From Mobula hypostoma (Eukaryota), in the NCBI RefSeq assembly GCF_963921235.1, contig NC_086105.1:120590001-120654000 (forward strand): a stretch of 64,000 bases of DNA, read 5' to 3'. Below are positions 1 to 13,068 of this stretch, piece after piece. The notes under the pieces were generated by a model that had not been told where the DNA came from, searched no databases, and saw only the letters and a program-made list of their open reading frames with translations. Every line of letters starts with the position of its first letter. Position 1 is the stretch's first letter. Made by a program: the position numbers and the translations under genes.

Positions 1-39
1 ATATTTATCCATTAGCCAGTATTAATAAAATAAAGATTT

Positions 40-230
40 CCATTTAACACCCAAAAGTGTGCCAAATCACTTTCCAGCGAATGAAGTACTTTGAATGAAG
101 TAGTCACTATTTTAATGTAAGAAATGCAGTAACTAATCTTACCAAGTTCCACGGTGTTGTGAAAATGATCAGGTAATCTATTTTCCAGATATTGGTCATG
201 AGATAAATGTGGGACAATTCTATCATTCAA
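40..230 (-). mobile_element. Degenerate DeuSINE (SacSINE1/AmnSINE1-like) 3' fragment
   Basis: Resembles the reverse complement of the Deu-SINE 3' part (aatgaagtacttt...gtagtcact...aatgtaagaaa...gatcaggtaatct); recognised by eye, boundaries approximate. Confidence 0.5.
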
Positions 231-1111
231 CGTATTACAATTCTTAAGACTTGCTTCATTCCTAAAATTGTAATAGTATCAATGTTCCAATATTTCAAAG
301 TACTTCATTGTCATACTGTACAATGAATGGTCCAAGTTGGTGAATGACAGAATAGAAATATAACTTCCTCACATCATGACAGGTGGAGATGAAAAACAGA
401 AAACTGTGAATCCTAGGAGAAAATGAACTTTAAATTTAAAAGAAATTATTTGCAGTAAATAACTCGTGGGCATATTTAATGGTCAATTCAAGCATCTTTT
501 TTTAAGATATAGTGTTAACTGTAAAGTTGATTAATTTACAACTCCCATTCATGGGCACTATATAATAGCAGGAATAATATCTCTGGTGTCCTGAAAAATA
601 AGCATGCAAAAGTGGATTAGAGTTGTAAGGACTTGTGGCACAAAAATTGTCCATGGTAGCAATCATGACTCAGCTATACTAATCCCATTTACCAACAGTC
701 AGTTCATATTTTACCACGCTTTGGCAAATCAAGTGCTTATTTGCAGCTCTTAATTGGTTGTGATTACTTGTAGCCACCAACTCTTTCAGATTCCAATCGG
801 TTGAGCATGAAAAAAATTATTCCTTAGATTCTTTCAAAGAATTATATCCCTTATCCTAAATCCAAGACATCCAGTTTTAGTCATCCAATCATTATCACAT
901 CATTGTTGATTGGGACAGGAGCATTGGCATACCGTTCCCTACTAGTATAACATGCTAAAAGGGGTGTTAAATAAATTGAAATCTTTCCTTTATATAAATA
1001 CGAGAAACATTTGTAAGATGTATTATTTTTGCATTATTTATAATCTCTAGTTACCTTTTGAATTCACTTGAACATATTGGCAGTAGATTTCAATACTGTG
1101 TTTGTGTGCAG

Positions 1112-1223
1112 GTTCTCTATCCACACATCCTGAGTAAAGCCAGGGGCAAAGGGACATTCTGCTCCATTGATGCACCCAATGAAACAATACGGAATCAACT
1201 TGTTTTGAAAATGAGAAATAAAG
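1112..1223 (+). CDS. ABAT: 4-aminobutyrate aminotransferase (GABA-T), penultimate coding exon
   Basis: tgtgcag|GTT...AAAG|gtaagg; 112 nt; VLYPHILSKARGKGTFCSIDAPNETIRNQLVLKMRNK matches the ABAT RGRGTFCSFD...IRNKL...RNKG region; phase joins the next exon (G|GT). Confidence 0.93.
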
Positions 1224-1489
1224 GTAAGGGGTATAGATACCAAAACAAATTTGATTTATTCAAATGCTCATGTTTTAGTATTATAATCCATCAGTTTTGC
1301 CCTGAGATTGAAACTGAGACTGGGTTTCACAAATTGCAACAGAATAATTATGTAGTTTGAAGTTGTAAATGAATCCACAGTTAGACAGTAGAATCATATA
1401 CAAGTAAAAGTCTTTTATTAGAATTTTTTTTCTGAAGCAGAAGAGGTAAGAGATGTGAAGGACTTTAGAGCATTTCATTGGGAAGTGCT

Positions 1490-1810
1490 GAGCTGTGTTG
1501 TTGCAAGACCTTGAGCACAAAATTCTCATTTGATTTTGATGCTGCACTGAGGTGTTTAAATGCAACATTAAACTAAGGCACTTCTGAATGAGATATTAAA
1601 CTGTTCCTTCAAAGAACAATACAGATATTTCCAATGCCCTGGTCAATAATAGGCCTTTGCCATTTATGAAGCGTTGCTCTGGGATGTTCCTACAAGTTCT
1701 TGTTAGAGCAGTGAATGTACTTTTAATTAATTGTGTTGGCTATAAAATGTTTTAATTGTCCAAAGCACACTTCCCATCACATTCTATGACTGTTAAATAT
1801 ACTACATAAA
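1490..1810 (+). mobile_element. Degenerate DeuSINE (SacSINE1-like)
   Basis: gaccttgagcacaaaat...gctgcactgaggtg...gaatgagatattaaac motifs typical of the Deu domain; approximate. Confidence 0.45.
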
Positions 1811-1892
1811 TGCCAGTCCTTCAAAATCTTAGGCATTTTGTTTTGTCTTCTACTTCCAGTTAACGTACACATGCCCTAAAGATATTACAGCA

Positions 1893-2424
1893 TGTATTCA
1901 GTTCCAGTCAGCTCATTATAGGAAGGATGTGGAAGTTTTAGAGATGGTACAGAGGAGATTTACCAGCATGCTGCCTGGATTAAAGAGCATTTCTTATAAG
2001 GAAAGTTTGAGTGAGCTGAGCTGGGGTTTTTCTCTTTGGAACAAAGGAAGATGAGAGGTGACCTGATAAAGGTGTAAAAGATCATGAGGTGTATAAGTTG
2101 AGATTGGACAGCCAGTGCCTTTTTGCCAGGGTGGAAGTAGCTAATGCACATAATTTTAAAGTAATTGGAGGAAAGTATGGGGGGGGGGGGGATGTTCGTG
2201 GTAGTTTTTTTTACACAGAGAGAGTGGTGGGTGTGTGGAATGCACAGACAGGAGTGGAGGTAGAGACAGATACATAAGAGACATTTAAGAAACTCTTAAG
2301 ATAGGCACATGGATGAAAGAAAAATGAGGGCTACATGGGAGGGAAGTGTTAGATTGGTCATGGAGTAGGTTGCAAGTTTAGCTCAACATTATGGCCTGAA
2401 GGGTCTGTTCAGTGCTGTTCTATG
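1893..2424 (+). mobile_element. CR1 LINE 3' fragment
   Basis: Decayed ORF2 C-terminus (cagttc..cattataggaaggatgtg..cagaggagatttacc) plus the CR1 3' UTR ending ggcctgaagggtctgttcagtgctgttctatg. Confidence 0.85.
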
Positions 2425-2794
2425 CAAATGAGACAAAAATATAATCATATTAAAACTGTAAAAGTACCTCAATATAAATAAAGTCTCAGGGTAGATGATA
2501 ATACATAAAGTTGTCCTAATGTAAACTGAAAATGTAAAGCAATCTTTCCAGCTCCAAGCTGGATCAGCCACATTGTAACTCTGATATAGAATGCACAGCC
2601 AGGATCGGTGAAAACAGTATAACCACCAACGCTGGGTGCCTAGTGAGTATTAGCACCCTCAGTAGATCAGAACAGAAAAACAAAAATACCACAAAATGGC
2701 ACTTTGCTTACGTAAATAGGCAATTCTAAACAAATAAGCACTTGATAAATAATTGGTATTCTGTATACTTAACCATTGATTCTTCTTCTATTAG

Positions 2795-2916
2795 GTATTG
2801 TACTCGGTGGCTGTGGAGAAAAGTCTATTCGTTTCCGCCCTGCTTTAGTGTTCAGGCCACATCACGTCCATCTCTTCCTTAATGTTTTCAGTGATGTTCT
2901 GGGTGCTCATAAGTGA
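2795..2916 (+). CDS. ABAT: ABAT final coding exon
   Basis: cttctattag|GT ATT...AAG TGA; [40 protein letters not shown] matches the ABAT C-terminus; too short for the ORF track. Confidence 0.95.
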
Positions 2917-5129
2917 AGCAACAGACTGCACAGAAGGGTCTTTAACCCACAATTCAGTGGATTGCTATGAGCATTCTTACAAATTATATCACTACTTATT
3001 CAGCATTTCTGTCTACCATTTCCACCAGTATTTTAAAAATCTTTAACAATTAATAGTTTGACCTCTGAATAAGTGTAATTTGTGTAACATTTACCATTCT
3101 CTTCCATTTGCGTGAAAATGCAGCTAATGTTTCAAAGTGTTGATTTTCCATTATCAGATGTCTTGGTTGTAATTGTGTGAATTGAACAGTAAATCATCAA
3201 TGTAACATCAGTTTCATACTTAAGCCCATTAATGTTTTTGTAATTTTTATTGATATTTTGTATCACATCAAAGATGTCAATAGTATTCATAATGAACCAT
3301 AAGTAATTGTGATATGTTCTAAAATGTAACACATGCTAACTTGTGAATTTATGGTGGATTATGTAAAAATAATTTCTATTTAACTGCCAATTCCATGTAC
3401 TTGCTGTCGAAAAACCTTAAAGCCTAGTTGCTCGAGTGAGATATGTCTTAATCCTAGTCAGTTAACCACATATGGAATTTGTGATACAGATTTATTCATC
3501 ATTGCATTTATATCTTCAAATAAAACTTAAAATTCTTCAAATGTTATATATTATTGAAAAAGACAATCTATGATTGTACCTGTTTTAATTAAATTAATAG
3601 AGTACATTTATTGCTGCTGTGTATCTTCATGCAGAGGTTCATTAAAGTAAGGGTGGTGAAAAATAGAATGAGTTTCTTGTGTCAACCAACAGTGTATTCA
3701 CAATGTGTATTAGATGCAACTTTTGTTTAGAAATGATAGTTACACTTTTAAGGTCACATCATGATAAACCTATAAGTTGCATTGAATAAGTACTTTGATA
3801 GTCTGACGGTTAAGTATTAATCGTTGGGTAATACAGTTTTTATGGGCACGAGTCCACCAAAGGTGGGACATGAAGATTGTTGAATACTGCTATTAGTTGT
3901 TTCTGTGCAAATTCAGAAAGGCACTCAAGGCTTCTCATTATAGATTTAGGACTCTGCAGCTAAAATTAGCAGATTTTGATTCATCTACAAAAGTGTCTGT
4001 TCAAGATGATAGGACCGGGAAGGATTCAATAAATATCAGAAATGCTTCAGTTTGTTCACAAATCCTCAGTCGGATTTAACAACTCTAGATGTTAGCCTAT
4101 TGGCTGTATTTATTGTGCAAATTAGTCAAGAAAGAAAACACACGTTATCAAAACCATTTGGGGTAAGAGTCCACGTGTCTACATACTGAGTGCCCAACGC
4201 TAACAAGCAGCCACAGCATACTTGCCTGTAAAAATGATTTGTGTGTATGTGTGTGTGTGGTTAATTCCTGCCATCATGACAGTGCTGATTTGTCTCCATG
4301 CTGCCATTTTTCACTGACACATTCCAGTCAATACCTAGTTTTAATAAGGTATAATTTTAGCATTATTAATTTTCAACATGCACTTCCTCCATGTTAACTT
4401 TCTGTGATTCATTTGCAAACATTTCTGAATACTAATATTTATTAAACACCCACCTTATTAAAAAATATTCTACTCCACTCTTCCTACAAACACAATACTT
4501 CACCTGCTGTCATCCTTTCCCAAATGCAGAATGTGTACCCTTCCTGTCCTTTTGCATAGCCAAAATACCTTAATTTTCCACATAACTTTGTATCATCAGC
4601 TTTTTGAGATTTACAATTCCTTTATCTAAATAATCAAGGGCCAGGCAAAAATCCTTATATTGATTACACCTTGCATCTCAAATAAACTCAATCTGTGTTT
4701 TACAGATCCACTAATTCTCGTACAACAGAGATATTGCCTACTCACGTTTTCCAAATACCATTTACCTCTGATATCAGACTACTATTATCATGCCCCTCCC
4801 CACTTTTCCTAAACAGCAGGGATTGTGTTGTTATTTTCCAATCTCTGGGACCATTCCAGAATCTAAGATTATACAAGATCGAAACCTATACTTCCATTGT
4901 TTCTGTAATCATTCCGAGACATTAAGAATGGCTATGCAGCAGTGGTATTTGAAAACCATTCCAAAGCCACCAACTCCATTTCTCCCATCTGCCAACATAT
5001 GACCCTAAACTACATCCTTCACAACTATGATCTACAATTAGCCTTTCTATGAGCTTCTAACACCAATACTGCAGGTATCAATTCTGAGTGACCCGCTGTA
5101 GAAGCCATCTCAAATGGCTTTGTTGACCC

Positions 5130-5600
5130 TAGCCTTCATGATTCCAATATTTACCTGCCTAGTCTCCCATCTTCCATGTTCTGTAAATGTGAGCTAATCC
5201 AAACTCTCCTGCAAATATTCTAACTTGTACCCACAGACATCTGTCCATTACACACGCAGATGTTGAATCACAGTGACTCCCAGTCTGACATGTTGAACTT
5301 AATATTCTTACCAGACTTGAAATTTGTCCATGCCCATGCCTTTCTCCGTCTCTATAATCTTTGAAGATCTCAGTGTTCCTCCCTTTCCGCCTCTTGCATT
5401 TCCCTCATTATAACCCCTACACCATTATCACTCAATGTCTCCACACTGAAATATAGAATTATTTTGCCAGATCTCCTTCCCTTTTCTCTCTCCTAATTTA
5501 TAGTGGTCTTTAATACCTATACTACTGACCACGTTTAAGGAAATCCAATTTATTATCACCCAACATTGTTTGATACCAAGTTTTGTTGATCATGCGATGA
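5130..5600 (+). mobile_element. Ancient L2 LINE 3' remnant
   Basis: Decayed similarity to the L2 ORF2 end (gagctaatccaaactc...ccattacac...cagtgactcccag); approximate. Confidence 0.4.
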
Positions 5601-6160
5601 AGTGGCTTGGAAGGTCGATAGTTTAGAAAACTAAGTTGCTCCCATGAACACAGGTAAGCTCAAATTACAGTCAGATAAAATACAACTTTGCTTACATTAT
5701 GCCAAAATAGCATATGTTCACTTCGCAAGAAATAGTAACAGTAGAATTTTTAAGTACCCCTGGTTCCTAATTCAGCAAATCGTCCAAAACAGTACTTTCT
5801 TGTTCTGATGCTAATATTTTTCAATAATTATATTATTGAAATTACATATAGTCTTTTGGATCTGAGTGGAATTAAGGAATATAGATCAAGAAAGATTGGA
5901 GTTATCACCCATGATATGTTGATTGCCAGTGTAGTTCCAAGAGGTTGTTATCTTCTCATGCCTGACCCCCCCCCAGTTGTGTAAACAGTGACGTATTTCT
6001 TTGAATCTGTGTTCAATCTTTTCTTTAAAACACCGAGAATTTTGTGATTGCAAGTCAAAAGTAAAACATAAAACCATGTCTCCACAGTTGACTTTACTTA
6101 AGCATCGAAATGTATCAAATATACAAATCATTACATAGGGAGCACACCTAGAATTCTTTA

Positions 6161-6339
6161 TCAGCATGCCAGGCAGCATCTATAGAGAGGAATAAAGAGT
6201 CGATGTTTCAGGCCGAGACCCTCAACCCGAAATGGTGAGTCTTTCTTCCTCTCCACAGAAACTGCCCGGCCTACTAAGTTCTGTGTGTGTTGTGCATTGC
6301 GTGTTGCTCTGGATTTCTAGCATCTGCAGAATCTCACGT
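6161..6339 (+). mobile_element. Palindromic Penelope-pLTR-derived mini-element in the TMEM186 3' UTR
   Basis: Inverted arms (ccaggcagcatctat...gtttcaggccgagacc / cccgaaa...ctgcccggcc) plus the family tail ggatttctagcatctgcagaatctc; flanked by an imperfect duplication ctagaatt(tt)ctttat(t)cag. Confidence 0.75.
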
Positions 6340-6355
6340 CTAGAATTTTCTTTAT

Positions 6356-7099
6356 TCAGTTAACTCCACCAAATACGTGCAAGAATTTTTGTTTATCAAC
6401 TACCTGACCAAATCTAATTGTGAGGTACAAAACTTCAGCGCTATTGTACCTTCTAAACTGCAGAATAGTTTCATTTGTTGAATCGCCTGTATCTGCAAGA
6501 GGCATGACATCTTCAACTGGGACATAAAAATTATTCCTTCTTCCCCAAAAAGTCAGATGTGAAACCATCAGTGTGGTTCCTGAATCATTCAAATACAACA
6601 TCCCTATGAAACGTCTAAGATAGTAACTCATAGAATAAAGCATAACTAAGGCTAAACCCGATAACACAGTGATATAACTAACCAGAGAATACTGAACCAG
6701 ATCCAGGGTGTAAAAGTAATAAACTGTAGGTAGAAGAGCCATAGTTATGCCAGTCTGAAGTATTTTTAACCTAGAAATAGTTCTCAAGAATCGTATTCCT
6801 TGAAACTTGTATACCACCGTGAAATGTTCATTATCTGAAATTGTATTCTTTGGTTGAGTCCGGTACTCTGGGCCACCGACAGACAGAGCCTGACACTGAA
6901 TCAGTCCTCCTGCAGTATTCTGCCCTTTGCTTGAACCAAAGTTCAACTTTGCCAGCTGTTGACGATGTATTGTGACACAAAGCTTGAAATGATTGAAAAC
7001 AACTGCATATTTTGGGGGACCTGAAGCACACACGGCCAACAAAGCTCTTGATTGATGCATTCTTTGATAAAAGTTGGACATGTTCTTAAAAACTGTCAC
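6356..7099 (-). CDS. TMEM186: Transmembrane protein 186 (mitochondrial complex I assembly factor), main coding exon
   Basis: Acceptor ttttattttgtttag|GTG at 7100/7099; open frame with ISRLKILQT, two TM segments and SHLTFWGRR...FGQVVDK; head-to-head with PMM2 as in other vertebrates. The true start is in an upstream exon or at the ATG at 7081. Confidence 0.93.
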   Translation of the reverse strand: MTVFKNMSNFYQRMHQSRALLAVCASGPPKYAVVFNHFKLCVTIHRQQLAKLNFGSSKGQNTAGGLIQCQALSVGGPEYRTQPKNTISDNEHFTVVYKFQGIRFLRTISRLKILQTGITMALLPTVYYFYTLDLVQYSLVSYITVLSGLALVMLYSMSYYLRRFIGMLYLNDSGTTLMVSHLTFWGRRNNFYVPVEDVMPLADTGDSTNETILQFRRYNSAEVLYLTIRFGQVVDKQKFLHVFGGVN

Positions 7100-7854
7100 C
7101 TAAACAAAATAAAAATAATTTGTAAACTGCTATTTGAGCAATTAGTATCAAAGAATTGTAGTTTCAATAAATTGTATCTAGATATAAACCTAATAAAACA
7201 TTTTATAATTAAGCGAACTTTAAACCAAAAATAATAAAACTGTTATCGCACAGTAGGATACTGTTTAGCCCATTGTGGTGTCAGCAAGAGCCACCTTGTT
7301 GATCCTTAAACTTCTTTTTCACTTTACAACTGCAATTTATGCATCCTCAAGAATCCCTCCAATTTTATTTTAGAAGTCATGGTTGAAGCTGCTTCTGATG
7401 CTTTTTCAAGGAATAGAATAGAAATTAAGATTACTTGCCAAAAATGATGCTTTTCTTCATGTCAACCATGCCGATCATTTTAATCCTATACTTCGCTGTT
7501 CTGCTAATCAAAATAGTTTCTCAATACCCAAGTTATCCGGACCCTTAACAATATTGAACATGTATAGAAAATCACTACCCATCTTCTCCCAAGGAAAGTA
7601 AATCCCAGATTCTTCAGTTTATTAGTATAACTTAAGTCCCTCATCCCCGGGACTATTCTACAAGACTTTCCTGCATGCTCGGTGTCATCTTCACATCCTT
7701 CCAATACTACAGTTACAGGAACTGGATTTAAATAAAGCAGTGTTATAAAGTGACTTAAAAAAACTTCTTTACCTTCATACACTGCATCTCTTATCTGCAA
7801 AGTGCATAAGCATTTTAATCACTTTCAGCATCAATCCACCTATCTTGATTTCTG

Positions 7855-7873
7855 TACACACACACACACACAC
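7855..7873. repeat. (CA)n microsatellite
   Basis: Direct inspection. Confidence 0.85.
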
Positions 7874-8539
7874 CAGGATTTTGGTCATACCATACCAATT
7901 CTGAGCTACTCCATCAACTCAAACACCTCCTCCTGTTCATCTTTGGTGTAGATAAGTGCAAAGATATATTTGTATTGCCGTTTTGCCCTTTACTTTTCTG
8001 TATGATTTTCCCTGTCCTTAATCCCCTTATCCATTTTGTACCACTCTTACTCTCTTACCTTCTCCATTTAGCCTAATTGTCACCTGGCATCAAATTGACA
8101 TCTGTCATCCTTCCCTTCATAATTCATTTTTCTCTCAATGTTTTTCATCATCCAGGTAATTCCAGCTTTCTTCCCCAAAAAAAACTTATTTTCCCCCTTA
8201 TTAAAACACACCTAAAACATAACAGAACCATTTCCTATTCAAAGACTGCTCTATGCTAGATAGTTCTGTTTTACAATCTTTCATTCCAAATCATAATTGA
8301 CAACCAACCCTCCATTATTGCATTGAATTATGCCTCATTTAATCAGTTATTCTCAATGGCTTGCTAATAAAATTATCACCATTTCATATTTCAGAATACA
8401 TGAAAGAATTGGGTTTCGGAACTTCTCTTCCCCTGGATGTACTGATTATTTACATCCTTTTTGTGCTGAATTACATGAACCATCTTTTCTCATCGGACAT
8501 TCAAAGTAGGTAGCATTATAATGCATTTCTTCCTTTCAA

Positions 8540-11500
8540 ATTTAGCATTATCATGGAAAAGGATAGAATCAGAGAGGACAGGAAAATTTTTAATTGGGGA
8601 AAGGCAAATTATGAGGCTATAAGGCTAGAACTTGCGGGTGTGAATTGGGATGATGTTTTTGCAGGGAAATGTACTATGGACGTGTGGCCGATGTTTAGAG
8701 ATCTCTTGCAGGATGTAAGGGATAAATTTGTCCCGGTGAGGAAGATAAAGAATGGTAGGGTGAAGGAACCATGGGTGACAAATGAGGTGGAAAATCTAGT
8801 CAGGTGGAAGCAGGCAGCATACATGAGGTTTAGGAAGCAAGGATCAGATGGGTCTATTGAGGAATATAGGGAAGCAAGAAAGGAGCTTAAAGAAGGGGCT
8901 GAGAAGAGCAAGAAGGGGGCATGAGAAGGCCTTGGCGAGTAGGGTAAAGGAAAACCCCAAGGCATTCTTCAATTATGTGAAGAAAAAAAGGATGACAGGA
9001 GTGAAGGTAGGACCGATTAGAGACAAAGGTGGGAAGATGTGCCTGGAGGCTGTGGAAGTGAATGAGGTCCTCAATGAATACTTCTCTTCGGTATTCACCA
9101 ATGAGAGGGAACTTGATGATGGTGAGGACAATATGAGTGAGGTTGATGTTCTAGAGCATGTTGGTATTAAGGGAGAGGAGGTGTTGGAGTTGTTAAAATA
9201 CATTAGGACGGATAAGTCCCCGGGGCCTGACGGAATATTCCCCAGGCTGCTCCATGAGGCGAGGTAAGAGATTGCTGAGCCCCTGGCTAGGATCTTTATG
9301 TCCTCGTTGTCCACGGGAATGGTACTGGAGGACTGGAAGGAGGCGAATGTTGTCACCTTGTTCAAAAAAGGTAGTAGGGATAGTCCGGGTAATTATAGAC
9401 CAGTGAGCCTTACGTCTGTGGTGGGAAAGCTGTTGGGAAAGATTCTTAGAGATAGGATCTACGGGCATTCAGAGAATCATGGTCTGATCGGGGACAGTCA
9501 GCATGGCTTTGTGAAGGGCAGATCGTGTCTAACAAGTCTGATAGAGTTCTTTGAGGAGGTGACCAGGCATATAGATGAGGGTAGTGCAGTGGATGTGATC
9601 TATATGGATTTTAGTAAGGCATTTGACAAGGTTCCACACAGTAGGCTTATTCAGAAAGTCAGAAGGCATGGGATCCAGGGAAGTTTGGCCAGGTAGATTC
9701 AGGATTGGCTTGCCTGCAGAAGGCAGAGGGTCGTGGTGGAGGGAGTACATTCAGATTGGAGGATTGTGACTAGTGGTGTCCCACAAGAATCTGTTCTGGG
9801 ACCTCTACTTTTCGTGATTTTTATTAACGACCTGGATGGGGGGGTAGAAGGGTGGGTTGGCAAGTTTGCAGACGACACAAAGGTTGGTGGTGGTGTAGAT
9901 AGTGTAGACGATTGTCGAAGATTGCAGAGAGACATTGGTAGGATGCAGAAGTGGGCTGAGAAGTGGCAGATGGAGTTCAACCCAGAGAAGTGTGAGGTGG
10001 TACACTTTGGAAGGACAAACTCCAAGGCAGAGTACAAAGCAAATGGCAGGATACAGGTGTCCCCCGCTTTTCAAACGTTCGCTTTACGAAACCTCACTGT
10101 TATGAAAGACCTACATTAGTACCCCGTTTTCGCTTTCACAGGGTGTTTTCACTGTTACAAAGAAAATCAGCGCGCGCCCCGAGCAGCCGCTCTGCCCCGG
10201 ATTCGGAACGGCATTGCTGAAACATGTTGCATTGAGCAGCCGTTAGCAAGATGAGTTCTAAGATGTTGGAAAAGCCTGAAAGGGTAAGGGTGTTACACTT
10301 AGCGTAAAACTAGACATAATTAAGCGTTTCGATCGTGGTGAACGAAGCAAGGACAAAGTGAGTTTGGCTTGTGGAAGTTGACGAAGATGATGTTGAAGAG
10401 GTTTTGGCATCCCATGACCAAGAACTGATAGATGAAGAGCTGATGCAATTGGAAGAGAAAAGGATAACAATGGAAACCGAATGCAGAAAGTGAAGCAACT
10501 GCGTGAGGTTTTAGCTGCAATGATAAAGTACGACTTTAATCTTGAAAGGGTACGTAGGTTTAGGGGATATTTGCAGGATAGTTTGAGTACTTACAAACAA
10601 TTGTATGATAGAAAAATGCGCGAGGCTCAGCAGTCAAGCAAGCCTTCCACATCAGCCACAGCAGACGACGAACCTCGACCTTCGACATCGAGGCAGGCAG
10701 TCATAGGAGAAGATGAGCTGCCTGCCCTGATCGACGATGAGATGACACCCCCGTGTCCCACCACCCCAACACCCGGGCCCCGGACAGATACTGTACTGAT
10801 TCGCGAACAACTCAGCGGTAGCCGGAAGGCACACAGCACATCTTTAAGAAAAAAGCCAAATTAAACATGCTAATTAATTAGGTGTGGCCGACACGTAATT
10901 GTCCGCCCAGATCAATGCCGATTTCCAATTGCATCGCCTCTGATCTGGGCTGACAGTTACGTGTCGGCAGCACCTAATTAATTAGCATGTTTATTTCAGC
11001 TTTTTTCTTAACGATGTGCTGCGTGCCTCCCAGCTACTGCTGCATTCTTCACGGCAATGTATCGGGTTGGTGGCCCGGAGAGTGGGAGCCTCTGCACCAC
11101 CCAGCCTGCGACGACTCAGTCTAACACACCATCATCAGTGTGCTCGGTGCTGTTTTCCCAATTCCGGTAAGTGACACTACACTGTACATACATTATTTCT
11201 ACCTTATATAGGCTGTGTATTTTTATGTGTTATTTGGTAGATTTGGCAGCTTCATAGTTTAAAGGCTACTGGAGAGCGCGTTTATGCCAACAGCGCTTGC
11301 GTGAGATTTTCTGCCAAGAGCGCTTGCGTGAGATTTTCGCTACGGAGATCTGTGCAGGCAATCGTTGTAGAGAAGTATTTCTACTTTATATAGGCTGTGT
11401 AATTATCATATCATTCCTGCTTTTACTATATGTTACTGTTATTTTAGGTTTTATGAGTTATTTGGCATGATTTGGTAGGTTATTTTTGGGTCTGTGAACG

Positions 11501-12341
11501 CTCACAAAATTTTCCCATATAAATAAATAGTAATTGCTTCTTCGCTTTACGACATTTCAGCTTACGAACCGTTTCATAGGAACGCTCTACCTTCGGATGG
11601 CAGGGGAAACCTGTACTTGGTAGTGTGGAGGAACAGAGGGATCTGGGGGAACAGAGGGATCTGGGGGTACATGTCCACAGATCCCTGAAAGTTGCCTCAC
11701 AGGTAGATAGGGTAGGTAAGAAAGCTTATGGGGTGTTAGCTTTCATAAGTCGGGGGATAGAGTTTCAGAGTCGCAATGTAATGATGCAGCTCTATAAAAC
11801 TCTGGTTAGGACACACTTGGAGTACTGTGTCCAGTTCTGGTCACCTCACTATAGGAAGGATATGGAAGCATTGGAAAGGGTACAGAGGAGATTTACCAGG
11901 ATGCTGCCTGGTTTAGAGAGTATGCATTATGATCAGAGATTAAGGGAGCTAGGGCTTTACTCTTTGGAGAGAAGGAGGACGAGAGGAGACATGATAGAGG
12001 TGTACAAGATAATAAGAGGAATAGATAGAGTCGATAGCCAGCGCCTCTTCCCCAGGGCACCACTGCTCAATACAAGAGGACATGGCTTTAAGGTAAGGGG
12101 TGGGAAGTTCAAGGGGAATATTAGAGAAAGATTTTTTACTCAGTGAGTGGTTGGTGCATGGAATGCACTGGCTGAGTCAGTGGTGGAGGCAGATACACTA
12201 GTGAAGTTTAAGAGACTACTAGACAGGTATATGGAGGAATTTAAGGTGGGGGGTTATATGGGGGCAGGGTTTAAGGGTCGGCACAACATTGTGGGCCGAA
12301 GGGCCTGTAATGTGCTGTACTATTCTATGTTCTATGTTCTA
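8540..12341 (+). mobile_element. 5'-truncated CR1 LINE ORF2 (RT) with 3' tail, split by a Tigger insertion
   Basis: KSPGPDG, NYRPVSLTS, DFSKAFDKV, GVPQESVLGP and KFADD motifs with stops and frameshifts; resumes at 11614; tail (ttctatg)n at ~12323-12341. Confidence 0.95.
10054..11613 (+). mobile_element. Internally deleted Tigger/pogo DNA transposon
   Basis: TA TSD at 10052-53 and 11614-15; imperfect TIRs CAGGTGTCCCCCGC / CAGGTTTCCCCTGC; transposase N-terminal (KGVTLSVKLDIIKRFDRGER) and acidic C-terminal (EVDEDDVEEVLASHDQEL) remnants fused. Confidence 0.85.
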
Positions 12342-12895
12342 TAAATGAAAACGATGCTTTAACCAACTTAAACAACAGGAATTCTGCAGATGCTGGAAAT
12401 TATACCTTTGACCTACTGATAATACCTTGGTAATTGATAATATTTGCATAAGGTAAGTAACAGAGCTCCAAGATCCGGGCTGTCGCTTAGTCTGAATGAA
12501 ACAACTCAGCCCCAGATCACGTACACCAAGAACCATGGTGGGATGCCACAGGCGAACACTCACCCTGCTCGGGAAAAGAACTCTGTAAATGCCGCCCAGG
12601 GGCAACCGGGTCACCGCGCCTCCAACAGCCATCCGCCACGGATACCTTGTGAGCAGTTGTGCTGATTGCAAATCACACAAATGGATGCAATGTAATGATT
12701 ACCATTACTTAAAGGGAGTTCCTTTATAATGCTGACCCCCTGCCACCCCTCAGCAGGCCGCCGCCCCTAAAGTGGCATCGCCTCACGCCGACCACCCCAC
12801 GGTTCAATGACATCTCCCGGCAGTCAGATCGTGCGTCTGCGTACTAGAATCCAGAACTTTGATTCGCGAACTCTCTGTTGTCATCTCAGCGCCCT

Positions 12896-12915
12896 GGATT
12901 CTGGGAATTGTAGTC
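12896..12915 (-). promoter_or_regulatory. ZNF143/THAP11 (SBS) motif GACTACAATTCCCAGAATCC
   Basis: Near-perfect match to the ACTACAnnTCCCAG motif enriched at bidirectional promoters. Confidence 0.8.
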
Positions 12916-13001
12916 TAATGGCGGACGAACCTGCATCTCAGCTTGAGGACAGTCCGAGCCAACGCACCTTTCTCCCAGGATACAGCGCGTCCGAAGCCAA
13001 A

Positions 13002-13013
13002 TGCGCCTGCGCG
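13002..13013. promoter_or_regulatory. NRF1 motif TGCGCCTGCGCG
   Basis: Matches the GCGCnTGCGC core; 56 bp upstream of the PMM2 ATG. Confidence 0.7.
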
Positions 13014-13068
13014 CTGCGACGCCAACGCGGACGCGGTGCGGACTCGCAGATAGTGAAGGCGGGTCGAC

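Noticed and set aside
10481-10864. 127-aa ORF as a novel gene
   Set aside because: C-terminal remnant of a Tigger transposase inside TIRs
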